This document shows positions 36,961 to 49,663 of a DNA stretch of 64,000 nt, in pieces. The notes beneath the pieces are model-generated. The model was not told the DNA's origin. It saw only the letters and a list, made by a program, of their open reading frames with translations, and did not search any database. A program made the translations under genes and the position numbers. Source of the DNA: Lama glama (Eukaryota); the NCBI GenBank assembly GCA_028534125.1, contig CM052821.1:28458001-28522000 (forward strand), given 5' to 3'. How positions within the stretch are numbered: position 1 is the first letter of the stretch; each line of letters starts with the position of its first letter.

Positions 36961-37204
36961 ATAATAGTAATAACAGCTGTCGTTCACTGAGCACTCACTA
37001 TGTGCCAGTACACCACTGAGTTCATAGGCTAATCCTCACAATGTAATGCCATGAAGAAAGTATTTTTATCAACCTTATTCAGTGGATGAGAAAACTGAGG
37101 GACAGATAAGTGAAACAATTCACCCAGAGCTAGTAAGTGTCAAAGTTAGGATTTGAACCCAGGTAGTTTAGCGCCATGATGTGTGCTCCTAACCACTGCA
37201 CTAC
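36961..37204 (-). mobile_element. MIR SINE
   Basis: TGAGCACT.ACTATGTGCCAG...GATGAG.AAACTGAGG.ACAGA...GGATTTGAACCCAGG. Confidence 0.85.
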
Positions 37205-39069
37205 AATAAAAATAAACCATTTTTAGAAGCCTGTTATCCCTTCTAGACACAGTTCAACTCTCACTTCTGTGATGCAACCTCTGACCACATCAGGTCATTT
37301 ATTCATTCAACAAACATTTGCTAAATATGTATTATAGTCAAAGAGTCTGTTTAGGATATTGAAAAGTATACAAGTCAACTAAATCACAATCCCTGCCATT
37401 CAAGAGCTAACAGTCTAGCAGGGGAAGGTAAAGTGATCTCAAAAACTAGAATGGGAAGGGCTATAAGACAGAGACACGGTTCTCTAAGAGTTCAGAGAAA
37501 GAAAGAAGGCACTTCCCACCTGGGAAGCAGAGTCAAACCTTGAAGGCAAGAAGGGAGTCAAGAAAAAGAAATCATTCTCTTTGGTTAGAGTAGAGGGGAG
37601 TAACAGACAAAGCTGCAGAGATTGGGAGGGGAAGGACATGACAACCTGCTAAGGGGTGTGGCCTTGGCTTGGTGGGAAATGAGACCCCATGGGAAAATTC
37701 AGAGTAGCTCAGTGATAGGTTCAGAGAACAACTTAATGATAACAGAAAATACTTATGAAGTGTCAGGATGCTATGTACTTTTCTATATAGTAACTCATTT
37801 AATCCTCAGAACAACCCTAAGAGGAAATTACTGACACTTTCCCATTTTTCCAGAAAGCGGAAATAACTGGCTAGTTGGATAGCACACCTCAGATTTGAAC
37901 CCAAGCAATCTGGGTCCAAAGTCTGCACTTTAACCACGTTATTACACTACTGTTTGTTGGAGAAATCTCTCTCGTGGGTCACTTGGGGAGGAGAGAACCG
38001 GGGCAGGAAAGCTGGTTAGGAGGCTCCAGGCCACCACCCCAAACTCATATAACACTTTGCCCGAAGAACCCATTTGGTTCTCCACTCTGTTGTCAGCTTT
38101 TCTTATCTGTTTCAGTGTTCTCTTCCCAAGCGAATGGCAAGCAGTTAAAAGCATATTGTTCCCATAACCCATGTAACATATAAACACATATGCACACATC
38201 TATCACATAAAAGGGTTCAGATTAATACTTCCTAATATTCTGTCATTCTCTGATTCCATAGGGAGTAGATCTTGATAATAATTAGAGTAACACACTCCAA
38301 TGCATGGCACAGTTTCACACTTCCCTCCAGAGCACCATTCTTGTTCCGACCTTTACAACAAATTTCTGAGGTGGACAGAGAAAGCATTAGTTTTTGCAGA
38401 GGAGAAAATCGATTAGGTGAGGCTTAGCGAACTGCCCAAAGCTGCGGAGCTCCTGAGCAATAGAATCTGGACCCACACGTCAAATACCTATTTGATGCTT
38501 TTTTGAAAGATGAAGAAAATTTCCCGATATGCCATGGCAGCACTCTCCTACCACTACAAACTAGCCTTCATATTCAGCTTTGCTTCTGAGAAGTTGAGTG
38601 TTTCAGAAACTGCATTCATCTTTTCAGCACCTAAAGTGGTGGGCAAGGTAGGGGTAAACCTGCTTTGGAAGTGGACGAACCTTAGCATAACTTCCGAGCC
38701 CCTCAGAGCCGGAGTGGTCGGGAGCTGGACCGTAGACCCGGAGGCGGGCTGTCACCACCCAGCACTGCATTACGTGGGATGCAGCTTCCTGCACCTTCCA
38801 CTTCAAGGTCACATTACTTCTGCTGCCCTTGCATTCATCCAGAAACACTTTGATGTGGATAGACTTGTGTATGAAGTCACACTCTCTAACTCACTTCTAC
38901 TTCAAAGAAACAAATTATAAACGAACCCACCCCAGGTATGTCAAAACACTGGAAATCATGGGCAATTCCCTGCTAATTTTTGCAAGAAACCCTCCTGGAC
39001 ATGATTACATGAAATGTTGTTTGTGGAAGTGCCGGGTACCTACTAGTCTTTTGATAACCAATCGTTTCT

Positions 39070-39196
39070 TTTTTTAAAATTTTTTAAACTGTAAGTGTAG
39101 TTGATTTACAATGTTAGTTTCATGTGTACAGCAAAGTGATTGAGTTAAACATATACATACATATATATTTTTTTCCTTTGAGATTCTTTTCCATTA
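39070..39196 (-). mobile_element. Very short 5'-truncated L1 3' end
   Basis: T tail + AAGTGTAGTTGATTTACAATGTTAGTTTCA.GTGTACAGCAAAGTGATT...; 20-bp TSD at 39050-39069 / 39197-39216 (18/20). Confidence 0.88.
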
Positions 39197-39730
39197 TTTG
39201 ATAACCAACCATTTCTGGTTGGTTGGGCCGGGCTCTGTTCTAGGCTAGGAATAGAGCAGCCAACAAAACAAGTGAGGTTTCTGTCCTCAAGGAGCCCAGC
39301 TGGGAAAGACAGAGAATGAACGAGTAATTACACAAGAAGGTGTATCAGTTCTTCCTGGAAAGAGCTATGAAGAAAATGAGACAGGTGACACGATGGAAAG
39401 TGACTGAGGACAACTTTAGATACAGTAGTCAGGGACGGTCTTGTGACACGATGTCTTCCTTTTCAGGGCCAGTCATCCAAATGGCTGCAGGAATGTTGTC
39501 TGAGGCAGCAGCACACGTGGGCTTAGTCTGTGAGGGATGAAAGAAGGCAATGTGCCTGGAATGTGAGCACGGGGGAGAGGCTGAGACAGACTTCTACAAA
39601 GGAGGTGGCAGCCAGTTCATGAAGGTGTGACTGGAAGTCAGTGGGGGCACTTAAGGCAGAATGGCTTGACCTGACCCATACTGATAAAGGCTGGCTCTAG
39701 CTGTTGGGTGGAGAGTCGGGTGGGGGGGCA

Positions 39731-40116
39731 TGTCCTAGTTAGTTCAGGCGGCTACAACAAAATGCCATCAATTTGGTAGCTTCAGCAAGAGAGGTTTGTN
39801 NNNNNNNNNNNNNNNNNNNNNNNNNNNNNNNNNNNNNNNNNNNNNNNNNNNNNNNNNNNNNNNNNNNNNNNNNNNNNNNNNNNNNNNNNNNNNNNNNNNN
39901 NNNNNNNNNNNNNNNNNNNNNNNNNNNNNCTAGTCTCTCTTCCTCTTCTTACAAGGACACAAATCTCATCATGNNNNNNNNNNNNNNNNNNNNNNNNNNN
40001 NNNNNNNNNNNNNNNNNNNNNNNNNNNNNNNNNNNNNNNNNNNNNNNNNNNNNNNNNNNNNNNNNNNNNNNNNNNNNNNNNNNNNNNNNNNNNNNNNNNN
40101 NNNNNNNNNNNNAACA
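39731..40116 (-). mobile_element. MLT1A/B/C-type LTR (mostly masked) inside an L2 relic
   Basis: TGTCCTAGTT...GGCTACAACAAAATGCCA...CCTCTTCTTA.AAGGACAC...AACA termini. Confidence 0.7.
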
Positions 40117-42007
40117 GTCAGGGGAAGGGGCTGCAGAGGTCCAGAGAAGGCGGGGCCTGGACCAGGCTGGGTGTAACTGGGTGGAGAGATGCAGGCAGAT
40201 TCGGGTGGTTCCGTGGAGTTGAAGCCCAAAGAATGACAGTTTCCACACGTGTTTACTTTTCTTCCTTTCCTCCCTCGCTGTCTCCTTACTTCATTTCACT
40301 TGTTGAACTTTGGCATAAGGTATTTCCCAGGTAATTTACATCTTTTTCTTTAAATGCACCGATGATAATTATATCCAAAGCCAAGTCAACTCAAATGAAG
40401 TCAACAAAACTTTGTTGAGAAGAGAATATGCAGCGTGGGAAACACAGCCTTCTCATATCAGATGCTCTTTCTACTCATTTCAATTCACTTCAGCAATGGG
40501 TTGTGACTGGTGGTCACGAGCCACGCACTACAATTGGTTCTGGCGGTTCAGATGAAAAAGCCAGAGACCTAGCCTTCAACGATCTCACAGTCCAAGGACG
40601 GGGAAAGAAATGGGCAAGGAAACAAGATACAATATAGGGAGACAAGTGAAACACGGGGATATGTTAAGACACAGGGCACATACACAATGCAGGGGGAGAA
40701 AGGACCTCTTTGAGAAGAGGACGAGGAGGAAGTTTCCTGGAGCAGGTGCTTGCTGGCCTGAGTATCAGGGGAGGACAGCTCTCTGGCAGACAAGGAGAGT
40801 GTTCAAGGCAGGGGGAACAGCAGAGGCAAATACACAGAGGGGTGAAACAGTGGGGTTTATCTGAGGAAGTGTAGGCTGCTCAGGATTGCTGGAGCCAAGG
40901 TAACAACAGAGGGAGGAGAGGCTGGCAACGTAAGCAGGACCCGGATCATAAAGGGCCCATTTATTACAATTAACAAGCTAGGACCATATTCTCTAAGTGA
41001 TGGGAGTCAGAGGAGTGTTTCACACTGGGTGATACCATCAGATTTCATTCAACTCCGCATTTGCCAAGAGTAGCTTTAAAATACACACTGACACACACAT
41101 CATTTGAGAATATTTGCGAAGGTGTGCAAATGAGCGACTTTAAAAACATGTGGCTCCAAGGCAATTATATAATTTGGAAACGGCAGAGGAGGAAGAGAGG
41201 AAAAATTACAGCAGCTCAAGGAGAGATTCTCGGCCCCCTTCCAGCCCCCAGGAAAGGTCCGACGCAGGAAAAGCAGCCCGTCTGTTTTGTCTGCAGGAGT
41301 CTGAGGCCAGCCCGGCTCCTCCACAGAACAGAGCGATTCATGCAGAATGTAGGGATGAGAGATGCCCATTTTCCAGGGTCTGCAATGCCAATTACAGTTG
41401 CAGTAAGAAGGTGACAGGAGCCTGGAGGCCGAGCTGTGCCAAGGTACACATTTCCAGTGGGCACACCATTAAGGCATCTGGTAAAAAAAAAAAATCCTAA
41501 TTGTGCTCAGAAGACTTTCATAGAGCTTGGCAGCTTGGACCGGCTGTGGAATGTGCAGCTCCCAGGCCTGGCTGAGTGGAGCCTTGTAGCATCTTGGAGG
41601 GTCTCAAGAGGTAGCGTGAAAGTCTGTCCGAATGCATGAAAACAAAATTAATTTGACTGCCACTTTGATTTTATTTTTTCAAGATGCCACATAAAACTTG
41701 GGAAAGGGGATGTTGTAAACTGAAGTCACGAGAGGGTGGCATCGTTCCATGACGTCCTTGCTGTGCAGAATGAACTGGGAATGTCAAGCTTTCAACATGG
41801 AAACATCCTCTCGAGGCTTCTAAATGTTGTTGCTGGCTTTTTGGCTTCCTTGTAGAAACCATCAGGGACAGCCCTCATCTTTGTAGTGGGCAGAAAGGCC
41901 AGACTGGGCTCAGGGCATGGCCAGGAAATGAAATGGGAATTGTTACATTATTTGGAATGAAAATGCTCATTCTCTATTATCAGCTGCTACAAAAATCTTA
42001 TAAATTT

Positions 42008-42171
42008 GCACTGCCCAACAGGGTAGCAGCCAGCTGCATTGCTATTTGAACTTGAACTTGCATTAGTCATGTTTCAAGCACTCTGCAGCCATCTGTGGCC
42101 AATGGTTACCCCATTAGACAGTGCAGATAGAGACTACTTCTATCACCAGAAAGTTCTATTGGACAGTGCTG
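42008..42171. mobile_element. MER3 (hAT-Charlie)
   Basis: TTTCAAG..CTC...AGCCA..TGTGGC.A.TGG.TACC..ATT.GACAG.GCAGATA...AGAAAGTTCTATTGGACAG.GCTG. Confidence 0.8.
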
Positions 42172-42896
42172 TTTTTGGCACCAGCTTCTCAGTGCTTCTC
42201 CTAAGACCACAGACTCTAAGTGCTGCTTCATATATAACTGTGATGAGAATAATAATTACATTAATAATAATGGTCTATGTTTTTGAGCTCTCGCTCTGCT
42301 GGGCACTGTGCTAGTCTTTCTGTGTCTGGCAGGTTAATGCATTGAGAAGTTGATTTTTCCATCATTGCCTTTTCCCTCGCCTACCCCAAAATCCAAGAGA
42401 GAAGTGGCCCCTGTGTCAGGAGAGGTTGAGGTTGCAGGGCCAAAAGCCAAAGTCAATGAAGGTAACATATCTGCTTGTCTTTGGCAAAAAAGCTAAGGTC
42501 GTGGAGGAGGTTGTGCTGGGTCCTACGGACAGGGAGAGGAATGAGGCGAGAAATAGGAGGGAAAGAAGGAGCATGGGGCAGGTCCCCCAGACTGAAAAGA
42601 GAACAAAGTCAGAAAGCCCTCTTGGCAGTGGAAACAAAACCCACCCCCTGGAGCTTGGCTGCTGGTAGGATCCCCAGAGACGAATGATTGTCCCGGGGAA
42701 GGCTGGACTCTGATCCTAGGCTCCCAGCCCTCACAAAAGCTTCTACGCCCACCCCAAGCGTGACACAGAAGGTCTGGGGTCAGTGGGCCTTAAGGGACCA
42801 CCAGCTGGGCCACCACTAGTCCATATGGTGCCTTTGTGCTAATTAGAAAAAGGTAGCCTTGTCCTCATACAAAAGAATTTAGAGTTATTATTTTAC

Positions 42897-43365
42897 TGAT
42901 ATAGGCTGAATNNNNNNNNNNNNNNNNNNNNNNNNNNNNNNNNNNNNNNNNNNNNNNNNNNNNNNNNNNNNNNNNNNNNNNNNNNNNNNNNNNNNNNNNN
43001 NNNNNNNNNNNNNNNNNNNNNNNNNNNNNNNNNNNNNNNNNNNNNNNNNCCAATCTGATTGATGACCTTGAAAGAAGAGGAAGTCTGGACACACACAGAG
43101 ACCACAGGAGCCTGTATGCACAGAAGGACCACCTGCAAGCCAAGGGGAGAGCCCAAGGAGGACGCCGGCCCTGCCAGCACTTTGATCTGAACCCCCAGCC
43201 TCTGGAACTGTGAGGAAATACATTTCTGTTGCTTAAGCCACCCAGCCGGGGATACTTTGGGTTTTTTGTTTATTTGTTTTTCTTTTCTTTTTCTTCTTTT
43301 AATTTTTAATTTTCTAATTTTTTAGCTTGGGATACTTTGTTACAGCAGCCCCAGGAGACAGGCAA
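42897..43365 (+). mobile_element. MLT1B/C-type LTR containing a poly(T) insertion
   Basis: TG.TATAGGCTGAAT start; CCAGCCTC.GGAACTGTGAG.AAATA.ATTTCTGTTG.TTAAGCCACCCAG...TACTTTGTTACAGCAGCCC.AGGA.AC end. Confidence 0.85.
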
Positions 43366-44039
43366 TTACTGTGCAGTCTGACCAGCTCTTCCTGGTTAGT
43401 CTTTGCAGAGCCGCCTGTGCCGAGCAGCAGCCCTGACTGCGTGCTCACTCCTGTTGGCACACACGCTGTACTCCCGGACAGGTGCTGCTGGTAGGTGAAG
43501 AGAGCCTGTCGGGTTGAGCGGGAGGGGCACATAGCAATGGGGCCTCCAAGGGCTGTGGGTGGGAAAAAGAAGCAATTGCGGGAATGAGGTGGGGCAGGGC
43601 ATGGCTCTTTGTGCCGGTGAGTGTGTGTGTCCGTGATCGGCTTAACGTGCGCAGAGCTGAGCGTACCCTGCTGCCCCAAGACTTGGCCAGAGGCTAGAAC
43701 CTCCATGCCCACCTCCACAGCCCCAGAAATCTTACTATAGGTCTCTGCTGTGAACGGTGCCTGGTTAGAGGCGAGGCTGTTGCAGGTGCACAGCGTGACC
43801 TGCACGTGGGCTTGGACGACGAGGAAATCAACAGAAGTAGCCAGACCCTGGAGGCCAAAGAACACAGTTCCATACTGTATCAAAACCCTAGAGAAGAGAA
43901 TTGCCACAGTGTTTCCTACCAACCCAGTGGAATGGGAGGTTGGAAGCACATTTAATTTTATTCAACAAAGTAGATTACGTGACCCTTCTTGCAGACACAA
44001 ATTTGTGAAACAAGATCCACACTTCATGTATGATTCAGA

Positions 44040-44232
44040 AGCAGGAGCTGTGGCCATTGTCTACCAGAAGCCCAGCAGGCAGGGAGCCTGGGGAAAGAGT
44101 ACCCCAACACCATTTTTCCAGCCTCTGGTCTTTGCTGTGAGAGTCATCATCGCCAAGCCCAACCAGAAGCACAGAGCAGGGTAAGAAGGATGGAGAGTGG
44201 AACTAGGAGGACAAACCAGGAAAATCCAGCAC
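44040..44232 (-). mobile_element. LTR33-like ERVL LTR fragment
   Basis: GCCAA.CCCAACCAGAAGC...AGAGCAGGGT..GAAGG.TGGAGAGTGGA.CT.G.GG..CAAA...ATCCAGCACA. Confidence 0.6.
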
Positions 44233-44700
44233 ACCTTTCAAATATGCATCATTTAATCTAGACCACTAGTGATTCCTCAGTTAAGCTCAATTATTATCCC
44301 CATTTTATAAATACAGAAGCTTAGGTTTAGAAGAAGTCTAAGTGATTTGTCTCACTAGATTCTAGAATATAAGCTCCAGAAGGGCAGTGACCTTGTCTGT
44401 CTTGTATCCTGTTATATCCCCAGGGCCTAGAAAGGTGCCTAGAAAATAGTAGGTGCTCATTACATGTTTGTTGAATGACTAAGTAAGTGAACTCCTCCAA
44501 GATCATACAAGTACCATGTGATAGGGCAGGATTTAAATCCAGACCATCTGATGGCAAAGCTCACAGGTCTAAGGCTCACATTAATGTTCCTAAACCAAAG
44601 TCTATAGATCCTTGTAAGTCTAAGAGTTTGCCAAGATAATTTTAAAATTTTGTAATCTGGGGCACTCATTTCAATGGTAGCCTTGAAAAGTTAGTATTAG

Positions 44701-44836
44701 GGAGGGGAGGATATAGCTTAGTGGTAGAGCGTGTGCTCAGCATGCACAAGGTCCTGGGTTTCATCCCCAGTGCCTCCATTTAAATAAAACAAACAAGCAA
44801 ACAAACCTAATTACCCCTCCCCCCAAAAAAGAAAAA
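44701..44836 (+). mobile_element. Second tRNA-Ala-derived (Vic-1 type) SINE, longer tail
   Basis: GGGGAGG.TATAGCT.AGTGGTAGAGCG.GTGCT.AGCATGCAC.AGGTCCTGGGTT..ATCCCCAGT.CCTCCA followed by A-rich...CCTAATTACC.CTCCCCCC-A tail; no clean TSD. Confidence 0.88.
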
Positions 44837-45462
44837 GTGGGCAAGTCTGTGTCCACATTCACTGTCATATTGGCACAAAGCAGCAGCACTGTAATTATCT
44901 TGGGTCAATGAGCTAGGAACGTGGATGGACTTAATTCCTAAGCGATGCCTGTGAAAACCAAGCGACATCATGGAACACTGTACAAACAAGCAAAGTAGGG
45001 GAGCTGCACGCAGAAGAACAGGCACCAGGAAGTCAGAACCACAGTCTCCTCTTGGCCAGTGATTTATGTTAAGGCAAACCCCATCTCTCATGCTAATGTT
45101 GTTATTCTGAGTTTATACTGACTGTGCAACAGTTTTGGTTTTTTAAATTCAGTTTGGTTTTATAGTTGCCCAGGATTTTAGATATAATTTTATGCTTTTA
45201 TAGTTGGGGGGCAAAATATAATTTAAATCAACCTTAAAAGTTATTTTCTTTCTTTAAAATATGCGCCGGCATTAGTCACGTGTAGGAAATGCTTGTGCTA
45301 TATGCTGAACTGCTTGCAGCAGGAACCTAACAGAGGCAGCTCAGACCTAACTAGAGATGTCTGGGGAAAGGGGTAAAATCTTGACTTTTTCCCTCTCCCA
45401 AAGAAGTAAACAGTTATTATTTATTGAGCACCTATTAGTCACTGTACTGCGTTCTGCCCATG

Positions 45463-45824
45463 TGCTGTGGACTGCACTGTACACCTCTAAAAATCACGTT
45501 AGCCCTAACCCTGATTGTGATGGTATTTGGAGACGGGGCCTTTGGGACATGGCTAGGGTTAGTTGAGGTCATGAGAGTGGGGCCCTTACAATGGGATTAG
45601 TAATCTTATAAGAAGTGGCACCAGAGCACTTGCTCACTCTCTTTCTCTCTTAGCTATGTGAGGACACAGCAAGAAGATAGTTGTCCACAAGCNNNNNNNN
45701 NNNNNNNNNNNNNNNNNNNNNNNNNNNNNNNNNNNNNNNNNNNNNNNNNNNNNNNNNNNNNNNNNNNNNNNNNNNNNNNNNNNNNNNNNNNNNNNNNNNN
45801 NNNNNNNNNNNNNNNNNNNNNNNA
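45463..45824 (+). mobile_element. MLT1A0-type LTR inserted in a MIR
   Basis: TGTGATGGTATTTGGAGA.GGGGCCTTTGGGA...GAGGTCATGAG.GTGGGGCCCT...ATGGGATTAGT...ATGTGAGGACACAGCAAGAAG; MIR halves on both sides. Confidence 0.85.
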
Positions 45825-46804
45825 GATGTGACCAGTACAGCAGGTGTCATCTCAAACCCTCCTAACACCTTTGCAATGTAAGTATTATTTCCCCATTTCT
45901 CAGGTGAGGAAGTTGAGGCTCAGGGGGTGTGTAACTCATCCAAGCACACAACTAGAAAGAGGAGAATAGGATCTGTTTGTAAAGGTTTGTGAATAAAGAT
46001 TTATGGATTTTTAAGAGTCTCTCTACCATCTAAGTCTTTATTAATAGGTGATAGGGTTATTCCTACCATCTATGGTGAATGTCATACTGTTAATCTTGAT
46101 AGAAACACTTCCTAGCACCACGTGATAGCTTTCTAGAATATTTTTCACCTTTATATCCATCTGTGGACCATTTGTTACTAACATGGGTGTTAATGAGGGT
46201 GAAACTGACTGTTCAGCTCTAATTACTTTAAATTTTGAGCATATTGGAACCTAATTTCTCTTCCCACTGAGAAGTGTTTCTGTGTGAGCAGGAAACTATT
46301 CCTGCTGTATGTCTCCTATAGTCCCACAGCTACAGCTTAGATGGAAGAGCTCAGCTTAGATGCCGGGAGCTGGGGCTGTTCTAGCTACTCTAACTCCTTT
46401 TAATGAGTCTCCAAATCACCAGCAGCACCCAAGCTGATAGATGGCATTACCGGTCAACCTCGCAGACAGGCAATTAGCAACACCATCCCTTGTAGGCATA
46501 CACAAGGTGTACTTCAGAGTCTACAAGGAAAATTCACACACGTCAGCTCATGTAACTTCGAATCAGGGGTGTTTTTCTCAACTTAGAGATGAGAAAACTG
46601 AGTCTCAGAAAGGTTAAATGATTTGTTGAGGTTCTGAGCCCAGATCTTTGGACTGACTCTAAATCTGGTGCTCATTTTCACTATTCTGTTGGTTCCTGTG
46701 GTCTGTGGAGCATGAGTCTCTTAGAGGCATTGCATGCTTGCAAAGGGCTCTATACCAGCATGTGTTTTAATTACTAGGAATGTAAACTCCCTGACAGCAG
46801 GGGT

Positions 46805-47092
46805 TCTCCAAATGGTTAAGAGACAGGACTCCCGACCCAGACTGCTGGATTCAAATCTCTGCTCCTCCATTAGCTAACTGTGTGACTTAGGGCAAGTACC
46901 TTAACTTCTCTGTGTCCCAGTTTCCTCATCTTAAAACTTTTATTTTAATATGTAATAATTTATAATAATATTAATAGCATCTACATTATAGTCCTTAGGA
47001 ATAAATTGTTGAGTACGCCTAAAAGCTTTAACATAATCTTAACACAATGAGTACATAAAAAGTACTCAATATATATGAAATACAATTATTAT
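46805..47092 (+). mobile_element. MIR SINE nested in an L2 3' end
   Basis: TGGTTAAGAG...CCAGACTGC.TGG.TTCAAATC...CTGTGTGAC.T.GGGCAAGT..CTTAAC.TCTCTGTG..CAGTTTCCTCATC; L2 pieces at ~46772-46802 and ~47093-47175. Confidence 0.85.
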
Positions 47093-49663
47093 TGTTTACC
47101 ACTGAATTATTCAGCATCTAGATTGGTGCCTGACCCCTAGTGCACCCTTCAACCACTTGTTGGATGTATTAAGTACGTAAGTATTTTAACAGAGGATTCC
47201 AAAAATAATACCATGGAAAGGGAATTCTTAAAACATTTTTACTTTAAAAAGTAAAAAGAAAATAGCTCCCTAGACAGTGACAACTAACCTTGAATTGGTA
47301 ACTTTTCTAGATGACTTAAAATATCCAGAAGAAAGTTAATTTTGAATTGCTCTGGCTTTTAAAAAATAATTTCACATCAGTGGTTAGCACCATTGGACGG
47401 CATACAATCAGCAGTCATTGAATATTTGTTGTTCATGATAAATACATTACTGTGTGTTTGCCTGGGGCAAGAACAAAAGAGAAGAGAGGATCACAGTTTC
47501 TGGAAAATAATTTCTGCAGAGGCTTGGCAAAAGGAACTCGGAGGGCTGGTCTCAACACGACAGTTACTATTTGAATGTTTCTAGTTGAGCGTCAGTCCTT
47601 AGATCAGTAGAGGTGAACTCTATCCTGAGAATGGAATTTCAAGAGATCTTTTATTTTCCCTTTTCTAGATCCAGGACTTCTGCTTTTCTGCAGTAATTTG
47701 AAAATCAGGAGGATGAGTTTTTACCCAGGTGAGAGGTACAAGGCTGGGTGTGCAGGATGTCTGCACAGCACCACAGGTCTGTTTACTCAGCAAGCTCTTA
47801 AGCTGCAGCTTTTGTGATTCAGAAGAGACTATACCTTTGGGCAGCCAGTGATTATGGGTGCAAACTGCCAGCCAGCAGGCTGAGAGTGTGTGAGCAACTT
47901 TTCTAATACCAAGACATATTGCTACTCAGGGAGTTTTTGTTCCATGGAATGCTACTCCTCTCTTTGCAATCAACTCTGCATCTCTTTTCTTATTAGATAT
48001 TTTTTACTTTCATGAATTTACTTAGAAAATTACATTCTCAGAGTGACTGGAGCTCCCTCTTCCAGGATGGATTTGACCCTTCTGCCCTCCCCCACTGGGA
48101 ATTTTCCCTGAGACAGGTTTGGGAGAAAAAAAAAAGCTCTCAGGGTCTTTTCACCACATGATGACTATTCACAAGGCACAATTGTTTGTCTTCGACTTGG
48201 AATTCATCTCCACTGAGCCAGGAACAAAATCAAGGCGATGGAGGCTTTTAAATTCAGACAGGAAGTTCTGCCCTTTTGACCTGGGAAACCAAAAGGAAGG
48301 TGAGGAGGAAGATGATAAAGAAAAATACCAAAGCGGAGAGGGTGGGGGTGTCTGATATCTGTGCCTCTTATATACCTTCCTTTTGTTTTGCCAACAAAAG
48401 ATTTTTAAAGTAGAAGTGATCTTTTTAAAGAGAACTGATGATCATCAAGTGAGCCAGGAGATACCCACCCCCCAGCCCCCATCCAGGCAGGCTCCTGGTC
48501 ATAAAATCCTTTTTTTGCACAGATATACCTAAGGCAAGTAGTTCTAAGAGAGAGATTGGGGGGTGGGGGAAGAAATTTTGAAAAGAGCTGTGTCTTGAAG
48601 GCTTTCTAACAGAGATGGTCTTTCCACACTCACATCTTCCACTTCCCACCTGTCCCCGCCCCCACCACATGTCCACATCTCTTCCCTTCCTTCCTGTGCG
48701 GTTACTCCCGCTCTTTGTCTATTTCTGTCTTGCTTTAAGCTGTGCACTCCTGCAGTTCTTGTTGCTTCCTTCCTCCTTTCTCAGCTCTACCGTAGCCACT
48801 CTTCCCAAATCAGTTTCTCTCTTTTAAACCACTTTTGTCTCACCTCTTTCATTTCTACCATTTACTCTCAGGATTTTCCAACAAAGCATCTCTTCCCCAC
48901 GTGGAGGATCAAAGGCTACTTTGCAAACCATGGTTTGGCCGGCCTGGGGGTTACACATCTAGGTAGATGGCCACTGACATCTGGGACTAAACTAGGCTAA
49001 AAACTGAATTCCTCTCCTCCACTACCTAGTCCTTTCACTCCCACTGTGATTTCTCTGGCCCTCCCTTCCCTCATCTGCCTGCATCTCCCAAACAAGATCC
49101 CTCCCTCTCCTCCTTCCCTCAAGGCCCATGATATCACTGCAAGGTCTTTTAAATGTTTTTCTTCTTCTCTGTTCCCCTTGCCCTAGTTCAAGACATCACC
49201 ATCTCTCACCTGAGCTCTTTTCATACCTCCTAATCCTGCTCCAGTATTTCAGTCCCTTTTCCCATCAGACTTGACTCTCTAAAACACAGATCCGATCATA
49301 TCACTTCCCTTACTTAAAATTTTTCAGTGGCTCCCTGTTCCTAAGGGTGAGACCACCACCTACAGCAAGGCATTCCAGGCTCTTTACTATCTGGCTCAAA
49401 CCTACTTTTCTAGCCCCATCTCCCACCATGTGCTAGGTCCTCTGTCACCACGCATTGAATAAAAAGTGCTTTGTCTTAAGATCTTTTGTTCCATGATTGT
49501 AGCAACTGTGGGTCACAGCCAGGGCTCCAGACTGAAAATACACTGGCTCCTGACCCAGGTAAATGCTGAGGTATGGCTGCCCTGAGTTGTCAATCTGGGT
49601 CCTAGCCAAGCCCCGAAGACTGACTAGCTGTGTGATGTCTGGCTGGCCCTCACCTCTTCAGGC

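Noticed and set aside
38510-38920. 136-aa ORF
   Set aside because: No recognisable family and no convincing codon bias.
43314-44184. 211-aa and 144-aa ORFs
   Set aside because: They run into LTR relics; no recognisable homology or convincing splice structure.
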